DNA of 11,547 bases from Candidatus Heimdallarchaeota archaeon (GTDB taxonomy: Archaea > Asgardarchaeota > Heimdallarchaeia > Heimdallarchaeales > Heimdallarchaeaceae), in NCBI GenBank assembly GCA_016839945.1, contig JAEOTE010000008.1, positions 1-11,547 on the forward strand, given 5' to 3'. Within the stretch, counting starts at the first letter, position 1, and each line of letters opens with the position of its first letter. Shown here one piece after another: positions 1 to 8,126 of this stretch. The position numbers and the translations under genes were made by a program. The notes beneath the pieces are model-generated. The model was not told where the DNA came from. It searched no databases and saw only the letters and a list, made by a program, of their open reading frames with translations.

Positions 1-566
1 TATACATCGAAACATTTCATAATCCTGTCAAACTGATGTGTTACATTTACATAAACTCTTGAATCTGTTGTATCTCCATCTTCAACCGTTATATACAAAC
101 TTATATTCTTGCGGTGCGGGGGATACTCATCATTGTTGTTTTTATATCTGGCATAAGATAGAGCGTCTATTGTTATTGTATGAGTATATCGATGATCAGG
201 ATGCCCTATTCCAAGTGTTTTGTATTCTCCCCATGTAATAACAATATCAGGTTGTAACTTTTTGAAAACACTTGCTAATTTCTTTGCATTTTCGACAGAA
301 GGGAAAACACCTGAATCAGGTATATCTAGAAGTATATATTCCACATCCAGAATTTCTTCTATCTTCTTTACATGTCCTTCCCTAGTTTTTGCAATCTCTT
401 CTTTTGTACCTTTTATAGAAGAAGCATTTTCTCCATGCGTTAAGAAAACAGCATAAACATTGTCTCCACGGTCACTGTGATTTGCTAAGGTTCCCATTGC
501 TCCTGCTTCATCATCAGGATGAGCAAAGACAGCTACAACATTCAAAGAGGAATCTTCGGATTTCAT
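1..566 (-). CDS. PIG-L/LmbE family N-acetyl-sugar deacetylase (BshB/MshB-like), 3' end truncated by window edge
   Basis: Not in the ORF track. Manual translation from ATG at 566 is open to the edge: MKSEDSSLNVVAVFAHPDDEAGAMG...VYAVFLTHGE...LQPDIVITWGEYKTLGIGHPDHRYTH... It has the AHPDDE and HPDH zinc/catalytic motifs of the PIG-L family. TTTTATAAAA at 588-597 sits about 21 nt upstream. Confidence 0.92.
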   Translation of the reverse strand, partial: MKSEDSSLNVVAVFAHPDDEAGAMGTLANHSDRGDNVYAVFLTHGENASSIKGTKEEIAKTREGHVKKIEEILDVEYILLDIPDSGVFPSVENAKKLASVFKKLQPDIVITWGEYKTLGIGHPDHRYTHTITIDALSYARYKNNNDEYPPHRKNISLYITVEDGDTTDSRVYVNVTHQFDRIMKCFDV

Positions 567-610
567 TAATTAGAAGTCCTATTATCCTTTTATAAAACCC
601 AACATTTTAC

Positions 611-633
611 AAAAAAAATGAAAAAAGAGAAAA
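611..633 (-). terminator. Oligo-T archaeal-type terminator after the carboxypeptidase gene
   Basis: Minus strand reads TTTTCTCTTTTTTCATTTTTTTT immediately after the TAA at 634-636. Confidence 0.6.
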
Positions 634-2136
634 TTAAAACTCGTATATCTGCGAATACTTTTCATTCAAGTGTTCTATGAGGTAATTAGGATTTGGAAAT
701 TCTCCAGTAACTTCTTTTACAAGTTCAGGTGGATCATAGAGATTACCTTTTTCTTGAACATTCTTCTTCAACCAATCAGTTAGTACATTTACATTACCTT
801 TCTCTAATTGTTCATTCCAGTCAGGTATATCTTGTTTCAACTTTGTAAAAAACTGTGCTCCATAAACATTTCCTAGAGTATATGTTGGGAAATAACCAAA
901 AGATCCTCCACTCCAATGAATATCTTGAAGTACTCCATCGCTATCATTAGGAACATCTACGCCTAGCGTTACTTTCATTTTCTCTTTCCACAATTCGGGT
1001 AGTTCTGCTATTTTGATTTTATCTTCAAACAAATCTCTTTCTAGCTCGAATCGAAGAATGATGTGTAAGTTATATGTTACTTCATCAGCTTCAACTCGAA
1101 TTAATGAAGGTTCAACTCTATTTATTGCTAATAAGAAATCTTTATACTCAACGTCTTCGAATATACTTTCTGTAATCTCCTTAAGACGAGGTAAATAATG
1201 CAACCAGAATGATTTGCTTCGACCTATTATATTTTCATAAAACCTTGATTGGGATTCATGAACACCCATGGAACAGTAATTTCCAACTGGAAGATATCTT
1301 AGCTCCTTTGCTATATTTTGATCATAACAGCCGTGCCCTCCTTCATGTGCTACTGCAAATAAAGAGCTTGTGAAATTATCCTCTAGGTATCTAGTTGTTA
1401 TACGAACATCATCATATGATCCTGTTGTGAAAGGATGAGCTGCAGTATCCAGTCTTCCTCTCTTTAAATCATAATTTAACAACTTCATGACATCAAGAGA
1501 TATTTTTTCTTGAATATTAAGAGGAACTTTTCTTTTTATTATTGTTTTATCTGGTTTGTTTGGTGATTCATTGCATTTTCTAATGAGTTCAACAGTCGCT
1601 TCTTTTAGTGGATTAAATATTTCATTATATTTTTCGATAGACATACTTGGTTCAAAGAAATCTAGTAAAACATCATAAGGATGTAAATCAGGATTAAGAT
1701 AATTCGCAAGTTTCTTTGATAATTCAAAGACTTTTTCTAGATGAGGTAAAAACTTCGCAAAATCATTTTCCTTTCTTGCTTCTTTCCATACTTCAGTAGC
1801 TATAACACTAGCTTTTGTGAATTCTGCAACAAACTCAGGGGGAACTTTTGTAGCCTTATCATAGTCTCTTTGAATTAAGTAAATGTTTCTTTTTTCTATA
1901 AAAGAAAGATTTTCGTATTCTTTATCTTCTTTTATTTCTTTAAGAAGAGTTCCAATTTCTGGGTCAATCTGTTTATGATGATTATGCATTGCAAGATATG
2001 CTTGTTGTTCACTTCTTTGCATCACTCCTCCTTTAGGCATCATAACTTCAGTATCCCAACCCATTAGTTGCTGTATTTCTCCTACTACTTGTATTTCCTT
2101 AATTTTTGATAAAAGTTTTTCATATTTCTCTTTCAT
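634..2136 (-). CDS. Carboxypeptidase, M32 (Taq/Pfu carboxypeptidase) family
   Basis: Family motifs all present: WD in the N-terminus, HPF, DVRITT, HEGGH (HExxH), HESQ, IRVEAD, GVLQDIHW and GYFPTY. Start moved from 2181 to ATG 2136 (MKEKYEKLL), which has a GTGAT SD-like element upstream and gives about 500 aa, typical of the family. Confidence 0.95.
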   Translation of the reverse strand: MKEKYEKLLSKIKEIQVVGEIQQLMGWDTEVMMPKGGVMQRSEQQAYLAMHNHHKQIDPEIGTLLKEIKEDKEYENLSFIEKRNIYLIQRDYDKATKVPPEFVAEFTKASVIATEVWKEARKENDFAKFLPHLEKVFELSKKLANYLNPDLHPYDVLLDFFEPSMSIEKYNEIFNPLKEATVELIRKCNESPNKPDKTIIKRKVPLNIQEKISLDVMKLLNYDLKRGRLDTAAHPFTTGSYDDVRITTRYLEDNFTSSLFAVAHEGGHGCYDQNIAKELRYLPVGNYCSMGVHESQSRFYENIIGRSKSFWLHYLPRLKEITESIFEDVEYKDFLLAINRVEPSLIRVEADEVTYNLHIILRFELERDLFEDKIKIAELPELWKEKMKVTLGVDVPNDSDGVLQDIHWSGGSFGYFPTYTLGNVYGAQFFTKLKQDIPDWNEQLEKGNVNVLTDWLKKNVQEKGNLYDPPELVKEVTGEFPNPNYLIEHLNEKYSQIYEF

Positions 2137-2237
2137 TTCTATCACAAATAACCTGTGGACTGCTGTGACTAGAATACTCATAAATTTTTAGGAATAACTT
2201 AAACAAATATATAGTAGTAGTTTTATTGGTTCATCAG

Positions 2238-3140
2238 ATGTCGAGATTAAAGATTCTAGGTGTTGATGAAAAGAACTGTATTAAGTGTGAGGACTGTATT
2301 CTTTCCTGTTCTCCTAGACTTTTCCAAGTAATAAAAACTGAAAAAATGGAGAAAAAAATAACTTTTGATGATAAGTTTCACAGATGTTTTCGCTGTGGCC
2401 ATTGCTTAACTATTTGTCCCACAGATGCTATATTATATGAAGGTTCAGAACCTCCTGAATTATTTAAAGAAGCAAAGCATCCTGAAAAAATCCTTTCTTT
2501 TGATGATTTAATGAAGCTAATTAAAAGTAGAAAATCTATTAGAGTTTTCAAAGAAGAACCAGTTCCTAAAGAAAAAATTGAATCAATTCTAGAAGCAATG
2601 AGATACTCTCCAAGTGCGAGTAACCGTCAAAATAGAGAATATATTGTTATAACAGATAAAGAGAAAATTGCATCACTCTCAAAAGATGTAGGTTATATGC
2701 TGCTTAGATTAGGGAAACTTCTCAAATTTAAATACTTAATAGCTCCTTTTGTTGCAGGTGTTCTTAGGCGAAGATTGTTGAGTCCTCGAACAAAGTATAG
2801 CTTAGATATGTATGTTGAACGAACAAAGAAAGGAGATGATCTAATGTTCTTCAAAGCTCCATGTGTAATAATTCTCCATGCTCCTCTATATTCAAGAATG
2901 TCTGCAGCTGATGCAGGAATTGCCATAACGCATGGAATGTTTGCTGCTCTTTCCCTTGGTCTTGGAACATGTTGGATAGGCTTTGCTCACGAGTATCTTT
3001 CTCGATTCAAAAAAACAAGAAGAAAGCTTGGTGTTCCCAAAAAGAATGATGTTTTTGGAGTATTCATTGTTGGTTATCCTGACTTGGAATTCTTAGGTGG
3101 AGCTCCACGTCGACCACTAAAAGTAGAATGGATGGAGTGA
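2238..3140 (+). CDS. Nitroreductase family protein with N-terminal 2x[4Fe-4S] ferredoxin domain
   Basis: CIKCEDCILSC and CFRCGHCLTICP ferredoxin motifs, then the nitroreductase FMN-binding motifs SRKSIRVF, SPSASNRQ and SLGLGTCWIG. ATG 2238 is preferred over TTG 2226 because AAACAAATATATAG at 2201-2214 is at leaderless-promoter distance. Confidence 0.92.
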   Translation: MSRLKILGVDEKNCIKCEDCILSCSPRLFQVIKTEKMEKKITFDDKFHRCFRCGHCLTICPTDAILYEGSEPPELFKEAKHPEKILSFDDLMKLIKSRKSIRVFKEEPVPKEKIESILEAMRYSPSASNRQNREYIVITDKEKIASLSKDVGYMLLRLGKLLKFKYLIAPFVAGVLRRRLLSPRTKYSLDMYVERTKKGDDLMFFKAPCVIILHAPLYSRMSAADAGIAITHGMFAALSLGLGTCWIGFAHEYLSRFKKTRRKLGVPKKNDVFGVFIVGYPDLEFLGGAPRRPLKVEWME

Positions 3141-3144
3141 GTTG

Positions 3145-3588
3145 TTATTTCTTAACCGAAGTAACGGATCCATCTATTAAATTGAATGTGAAAAACTCTC
3201 TAACTACTGGAACATGTGCTTCAATCACTTCTAGATCAAGTCGAATTAAAATGAACTTGGGGTCATCGTAGGATTCCCAATATCCACTAAACCATGGAAT
3301 TGTTTCTGATATCTCTTTTTTCACATCAGGATCATTTACGATTTTTGCTTTCCCTAAACCGCGAATAGTACCTAAATCCTCTCTATCTTGAGCATTCAGA
3401 GCAAACTCCATGTTACTATTGTTCTTGATTTGTTCTATTTTAGGTCTCCCTTCTGTTGTACAACACCAACATTGATCTTTGTGATAAATAAGTGCCATGG
3501 GTCTAACACGGGGATGATCATTTTCCAATGTTGCAAGATACATTAATGGTTGTGTTTTGAAATAATCTGTGACATCTTCTAGTTTCAT
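3145..3588 (-). CDS. Pyridoxamine 5'-phosphate oxidase-like (FMN-binding split barrel, general stress protein 26-like) protein
   Basis: MYLATLENDHPRVRPM, K..QIKNN, G.A.IVND and W....DDP.F.LI pattern typical of PNPOx-like/GSP26 proteins; 147 aa. Confidence 0.85.
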   Translation of the reverse strand: MKLEDVTDYFKTQPLMYLATLENDHPRVRPMALIYHKDQCWCCTTEGRPKIEQIKNNSNMEFALNAQDREDLGTIRGLGKAKIVNDPDVKKEISETIPWFSGYWESYDDPKFILIRLDLEVIEAHVPVVREFFTFNLIDGSVTSVKK

Positions 3589-3675
3589 TGTTCATACCAA
3601 GTTTAAAACATTCAAATATTTTTGCTAGATTTTGTAATTCCAACTATTTAAATATTGAAAACTTATTTTCAAAGT

Positions 3676-4074
3676 ATGACCGAAAAAAGAGATTATCCAA
3701 TCAAATTTAAGAAGATGTATATGCAAGTAAAGGTTCAAGATTTAGAACGAGCTAAAAAATTCTACGAAGACATCTTTAATTTTGAGGTTTCATGGTATAT
3801 GTCTCCTGAAGCTGGTTGGTGTGAATTTAATCTCCCTGGTGGAGATCCAAAATTGGGATTGAATCTTGCAAGAGAAGATGAAAAGATTCCACCAAATTAC
3901 GGTATTCTAACAATGGATGTAGAAGATATTAAAGCTACTAAGAAATACATAGAAAGCAAAGGTATAGAAACAACAGATATTACCGATGTTCCAAATATGG
4001 TTTCATATTTCAATATGAAAGATTCAGAAGGAAATACTATACAAATTGTAGGAGAACCTAGAATAACAGAATAA
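3676..4074 (+). CDS. VOC family (glyoxalase/bleomycin-resistance/dioxygenase) protein
   Basis: VQDLERAKKFYEDIFNF, DVEDI and FNMKDSEGNTIQI are VOC signatures. ATG 3676 is preferred over TTG 3655 because TATTTAAATA lies at 3645-3654. Confidence 0.9.
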   Translation: MTEKRDYPIKFKKMYMQVKVQDLERAKKFYEDIFNFEVSWYMSPEAGWCEFNLPGGDPKLGLNLAREDEKIPPNYGILTMDVEDIKATKKYIESKGIETTDITDVPNMVSYFNMKDSEGNTIQIVGEPRITE

Positions 4075-4203
4075 AAGTCAAATATAACAGCTATACTTTC
4101 ACAAAAAGGCATCAGAACCTCTGTAAACATCCGCCAAAAAAATTATTTTCGTACTATTATCGTATTATTTTCTCTAATACTTTTCACTGAAAAAATCTTC
4201 TAG

Positions 4204-4217
4204 CAAACATTTATTAT
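4204..4217 (+). promoter_or_regulatory. BRE/TATA promoter of the DUF1028 gene
   Basis: CAAACATTTATTAT 28 nt upstream of ATG 4246. Nearly the same motif occurs upstream of nadM (CAAAAACATTTATTTT) and the 8046 gene (CAAAACATTTTATTAT). Confidence 0.6.
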
Positions 4218-4245
4218 CACTAATCTTAGTTATTTATTGATTAGA

Positions 4246-5112
4246 ATGACTTTTTCAATAGTAGCTTATGATCCTGAAAAAAAAGAATGGGGAGTAGCCG
4301 TTCAATCTAAGTTTGTAGCTGTTGGGTGTATAGTACCTTGGGCTCAAGCGAATGCAGGTGCAATTGCAACTCAAGCTTGGGCAAATACAAGTTATGGTCC
4401 AAAAGGGTTAGCTTTGTTAGAGCAAGGATTAACTGCTGAGGAAGTAATTCATATACTCACTAAGCAAGATGAAAAAAGAGAACATAGACAAATTGGTGTT
4501 GTCGACTCTTATGGTAATTCAGCTTCTTTTACTGGAAGTGAATGTTATGATTGGGCTGGCCATATTGGTGGAGAAAATTATACTTGTCAAGGAAACATAC
4601 TAGTTTCAGAAGATACAGTTTTAGCTATGTCTCAAGCTTTTAGAGAAACCAAAGGAGATTTAGCTGAAAGGCTTTTATCAGCTTTAGAAGTAGGTCAAGA
4701 AGCTGGAGGCGATAGTAGAGGGAAACAAAGTGCTGCCTTGCTTATTGTAAGAGAAGAGGGAGTTTATGATGGTGGTACTGACAAATATGTTGACATAAGA
4801 GTTGATGATCATAAACATCCAATACAAGAGTTGAGAAGAGTATTTACTTTGTATGATTTGTCCTTACTCAAAAGAGATGATAAGAAAGATAAAGTAAAAC
4901 TTTCTGGAGATGTGATGAAAACGATCAAAGAAGTTCTCAAAATTGATGGGTTCTATGAGGGAGAAATTGACAGTAAATATGATGAAACAACTAAAGAAGC
5001 TCTTCAAAAATGGATGCACACAAATAATTTTGAAGTTAAAGAGAGAGAAGATAACTATATGTGGGGATCAGTTTATCGATACATAGAGAAAAGGAAAGAT
5101 AAATCAGGGTGA
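4246..5112 (+). CDS. DUF1028 family Ntn-hydrolase-like protein with C-terminal putative peptidoglycan-binding-like domain
   Basis: Begins MTFSIVAYDP..EWGVAVQS and contains GAIATQA, RQIGVVD, QGNIL, AGGDSRGKQSAAL and DIRVDDH..PI.EL.R. The C-terminal LKIDGFYEGEIDSKYDETTKEALQKW resembles the PG-binding-type helical domain of this family. Start at ATG 4246 puts Thr at position 2. Confidence 0.92.
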   Translation: MTFSIVAYDPEKKEWGVAVQSKFVAVGCIVPWAQANAGAIATQAWANTSYGPKGLALLEQGLTAEEVIHILTKQDEKREHRQIGVVDSYGNSASFTGSECYDWAGHIGGENYTCQGNILVSEDTVLAMSQAFRETKGDLAERLLSALEVGQEAGGDSRGKQSAALLIVREEGVYDGGTDKYVDIRVDDHKHPIQELRRVFTLYDLSLLKRDDKKDKVKLSGDVMKTIKEVLKIDGFYEGEIDSKYDETTKEALQKWMHTNNFEVKEREDNYMWGSVYRYIEKRKDKSG

Positions 5113-5172
5113 TTGTTTCTCCTCGAACTTTATCGAAACAAACCTTTTAAACAAAAAACTTTATTGGTCTCC

Positions 5173-6309
5173 ATGACTTTTGAAGAGGATGTAGACATCA
5201 TTATAGATCTTGTTAAAGAAGCAACTTTGAAGAAATTTGGTCAGGATATCGATCTTATTGTAGTTTATGGCTCTAGAGCAAGAGGTACTCATAGACCTAC
5301 ATCTGATCTCGAAATGTTTGCAGTTGTTGAAAGTAAATCGAAAACTCATGCTGAGTGGTTCTTTCTTTACAAAGGTATTCCAGTAGATTTTTGGACTAAA
5401 ACATGGGAAGAATGGGAAAAAATCTCTATAAATAATCCTGCTGATAATGGAGGATTTTCTTTACAAGCTGGAACATTAGCAACATGTAATGTTATCTATT
5501 GCAAAGATAATAATACAAAACTTAGATTGGAAAAAATCAGAGATAATTTGAAGATATTTTCTGAGCCACGAGAGATTAGTATAGAATTTGTGAACAAATA
5601 CTTCAACGATATGTATAATTTTCTTGGAAAGATTTACTTTGCAAAAGAAAAAGGTGACTTAATAGAAGCTAGGAGAAATGCATGGAAAATCATTATGTCT
5701 AATGTTATACTTTTAGGTAAGATAAATAACCGCTATTATCTCGAGAATTGGGGAACAAACATATACGAAGCTAAAGAATTTGATATTTTTCCAAAAGATT
5801 TAGTTGCTGATGCTAGGATCCTATCTTCAGAAGATAATTTTGATAATCTTTTGAAAACAGCAACTAGAGTAATAGATAATTTGAGGTTAATTTTGATTGA
5901 AATATTCAAGAAATATCCAATTGAAAAGGATATAGAGTTTCTAAGTACAGAAGTCAGTGCTATTGAATTCCTGTACAAAATTAGAAATGGAGCTCTTCAA
6001 GAAGATATAATCGCAGCTTCTTATGCAGTATTCGAACTTCAACCATTAACTGCACAAGATATTTGGATTAATGAGAAAAAATGGACTAAGGCAAGTCAGT
6101 TTCTTCTCTATAATGAGCTTCGAGAGAAATATATAGATTATGGTTTTCCAGATTTTACAAAAGCTATCACATCTCATGAATTTAGAGAACTAATCAAGCT
6201 TACTAATGATTATGAAGAAATATATTACAAATACTTAGATGAGAATGGCATGAAGATGAATTCTTTCGATAATCTAGAAGAGCTAAAAGCCTATCTCGAT
6301 CTTAAGTAG
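5173..6309 (+). CDS. Kanamycin nucleotidyltransferase (ANT(4')/KNTase)-like Pol-beta superfamily nucleotidyltransferase with duplicated helical C-terminal domain
   Basis: VVYGSRARGTHRPTSDLEMFAVV matches the GS-x10-DxE motif and closely resembles the KNTase motif YGS.GR..D.PYSDIEM; third carboxylate in IPVDFW. Start moved from TTG 5113 to ATG 5173, with CAAACCTTTTAAAC at 5139-5152. Substrate unknown. Confidence 0.8.
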   Translation: MTFEEDVDIIIDLVKEATLKKFGQDIDLIVVYGSRARGTHRPTSDLEMFAVVESKSKTHAEWFFLYKGIPVDFWTKTWEEWEKISINNPADNGGFSLQAGTLATCNVIYCKDNNTKLRLEKIRDNLKIFSEPREISIEFVNKYFNDMYNFLGKIYFAKEKGDLIEARRNAWKIIMSNVILLGKINNRYYLENWGTNIYEAKEFDIFPKDLVADARILSSEDNFDNLLKTATRVIDNLRLILIEIFKKYPIEKDIEFLSTEVSAIEFLYKIRNGALQEDIIAASYAVFELQPLTAQDIWINEKKWTKASQFLLYNELREKYIDYGFPDFTKAITSHEFRELIKLTNDYEEIYYKYLDENGMKMNSFDNLEELKAYLDLK

Positions 6310-6380
6310 AAACTGCATCCCGAAGCTCACTTTATCTTACAAGGAAACTTATTTTAAGACATGATTTTATTCAGGGATTA

Positions 6381-6818
6381 ATGAGAATTCCAATTCAAGT
6401 GTTAGTTTACCCAGTTAGATTTAAGGAAGAAAAATGGGAATTTTTACTCCTAAAAAGAACAGAAGAGCGTGGGGGGTTTTGGCAAGGAGTTACTGGTCAT
6501 CCTGAACAAAAAGAGAAAATTATAGATGGAGCAAAAAGAGAGTTGCTAGAAGAAACAAGTTTCATTCCCAGCTTTATTTTTCAAACAGTTTTCTCCTACA
6601 CTATAAAATTAGATGAGAAAGACAAAGCAATGTATCCTCCTGGAACTGATGAATTAACTGAATATGTTTTTGTAGCTAGAATTGATCAAGAAGATGAACC
6701 AACAATAGATCCTTATGAACATGTTGAATGGAAATGGTGTAGTTTTGAAGAAGCATTAGAAACTCTTCTCTGGGAAGAAAACAAAGAAGCACTGAAGCAC
6801 GTATATACCCTACTTTGA
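6381..6818 (+). CDS. Nudix hydrolase, NudB/NtpA (dihydroneopterin triphosphate/dATP pyrophosphohydrolase)-like
   Basis: Nudix box G-x5-E-x7-RELLEET preceded by FWQGVTG (NudB-type WQ.VTG), plus EH..WKW and LLW..NK.AL. GAAACTTATTTTAA promoter-like motif at 6344-6357. Confidence 0.88.
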   Translation: MRIPIQVLVYPVRFKEEKWEFLLLKRTEERGGFWQGVTGHPEQKEKIIDGAKRELLEETSFIPSFIFQTVFSYTIKLDEKDKAMYPPGTDELTEYVFVARIDQEDEPTIDPYEHVEWKWCSFEEALETLLWEENKEALKHVYTLL

Positions 6819-6819
6819 G

Positions 6820-6827
6820 AAAAAAAA
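6820..6827 (-). terminator. T8 tract, probable terminator of the 8046-6850 operon
   Basis: A8 on the + strand (T8 on -) about 22 nt downstream of the stop at 6850. Confidence 0.4.
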
Positions 6828-6849
6828 GAGATATCTAATATTTATAGTT

Positions 6850-7323
6850 TTAATCATCAATTTGTTTAAAGGATTGTACAATTTGCATTGAACGATATGC
6901 AGCATATCCTCCTCCAACTAGAAAAGCAATAACACCTAAGATTAAGCTAGCAAGTTCTGAAATGAAGAAATAAAACAATATTGTTAAGATTGCACTAGTT
7001 CCTAGAAATCCAGAAAAAATACCTAGGGATGGTATCAACCACCCTCTAAAGATATAAACTTCAGTTAGAATACCTAGTTTCAAGCTTCGTAGATTTTCGT
7101 ACTTATCATCTAGATAGTATTTGTTATTTTTTGTTCGACCTAGGAGTCCAAGCTGTTCCAACCTTTGTAAATGATATTGAGCATGACTAGCAGTCTTCAA
7201 ACCAAGGTCTCTTTGTGATTCTCTTACTCCTATGTTCTTACCCTTTTTAACTGCGTAAACAAAAATCCTAAGACTAGTTCCTGTAAGAGAACTAATTAAA
7301 TCTTCATCATTTTGCTTAGTCAT
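6850..7323 (-). CDS. Membrane-anchored winged-helix (LexA-like HTH) transcription regulator with two C-terminal TM helices
   Basis: LTGTSLRIFVYAVKKGKNIGVRESQRDLGLKTASHAQYHLQRLEQLGLLGR is a wHTH. It is followed by two hydrophobic segments (WLIPSLGIFSGFLGTSAILTILFYFF and LASLILGVIAFLVGGGYAAY). AGGAG SD lies in the 21-nt gap after the upstream gene. Confidence 0.8.
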   Translation of the reverse strand: MTKQNDEDLISSLTGTSLRIFVYAVKKGKNIGVRESQRDLGLKTASHAQYHLQRLEQLGLLGRTKNNKYYLDDKYENLRSLKLGILTEVYIFRGWLIPSLGIFSGFLGTSAILTILFYFFISELASLILGVIAFLVGGGYAAYRSMQIVQSFKQIDD

Positions 7324-7344
7324 CGTTCTATTCTCCTTTTTCGC

Positions 7345-8046
7345 TTACATGTATGGTGTGTATAGATCTTTTAGAACTTGAATATAATCATCAAAGGCAC
7401 TTTCTGGAATAAGTACATCAGCTCCTATCATATTTGCATCATAATTAAAATCCCCATACCATGTTGTTGTTTTGAAGAGTATTAAACCTTCCATGTTAAT
7501 ATAAAGAAATATCACTGTACTATTTGCTAAATATAACTCTGTTACCCATTTTAGGTTTGGCATCTCTCCTACAGCTGGATAAGGGTCTTGACCATAAGTA
7601 CCAACTTTGTCTGTATTATTTATTGAATCAAATAAACCTTGAGCTATCTGATTCACTTCATTAGTTGATAGCACAAAGACAACTTCATCAATAGGGTCAA
7701 TAGTATAGGCTGTTACATTCCATGTGTAAGTTATATTATCTCCAATTCTTTCTATAGTTGAATAAATAAGCCTTTCATGTATCGCAGCTGTTGCATTACC
7801 TATTATCTCTACATGAACTACATTTGAGATTTCATTCTGTATCTCTTCTGCTAATTTTGTAGAATAAGGCATACCATTGTTTGGTTCAGGTATACCTGGA
7901 TTGATATTACTAAAATATATACTTACACCAACTACAGTACCCACTACTATAGCAGCTCCAATCCCAATTGCTAGACCTTTGATGAAACTACGTTTCCAAT
8001 ATTTTGATAATAAATTTCCTAACGAATTTTCTTTTGACATTTTCAT
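7345..8046 (-). CDS. Hypothetical single-pass membrane protein with extracellular, probably N-glycosylated domain
   Basis: Basic N-terminus (KYWKRSFIK), one TM helix (GLAIGIGAAIVVGTVVGVSIYF), a Pro/Asn linker and a ~185-aa acidic domain with five N-x-S/T sequons (NAT, NIT, NVT, NNT, NST). Start is ATG 8046 or 8040; the GTG at 8049 overlaps a GTGA SD-like element. Confidence 0.75.
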   Translation of the reverse strand: MKMSKENSLGNLLSKYWKRSFIKGLAIGIGAAIVVGTVVGVSIYFSNINPGIPEPNNGMPYSTKLAEEIQNEISNVVHVEIIGNATAAIHERLIYSTIERIGDNITYTWNVTAYTIDPIDEVVFVLSTNEVNQIAQGLFDSINNTDKVGTYGQDPYPAVGEMPNLKWVTELYLANSTVIFLYINMEGLILFKTTTWYGDFNYDANMIGADVLIPESAFDDYIQVLKDLYTPYM

Positions 8047-8088
8047 CACTGAAGTAATTTCACTTCAAGAATCACTGGGATATGGACT

Positions 8089-8107
8089 CTTATAATAAAA
8101 TGTTTTG
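8089..8107 (-). promoter_or_regulatory. BRE/TATA promoter of the two-gene membrane operon
   Basis: Minus strand CAAAACATTTTATTATAAG, the same motif as other promoters in the window. Confidence 0.6.
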
Positions 8108-8126
8108 TACAGACCTTAAAAAATGT

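Noticed and set aside
38-456. ORF-track ORFs 38..238 and 220..456 (+)
   Set aside because: Antisense shadows of the PIG-L deacetylase on the minus strand; no motifs.
5173-6309. Fused MNT-HEPN toxin-antitoxin interpretation of the nucleotidyltransferase
   Set aside because: No R-x4-6-H RNase motif in the helical domains, and the motifs fit the KNTase family better.
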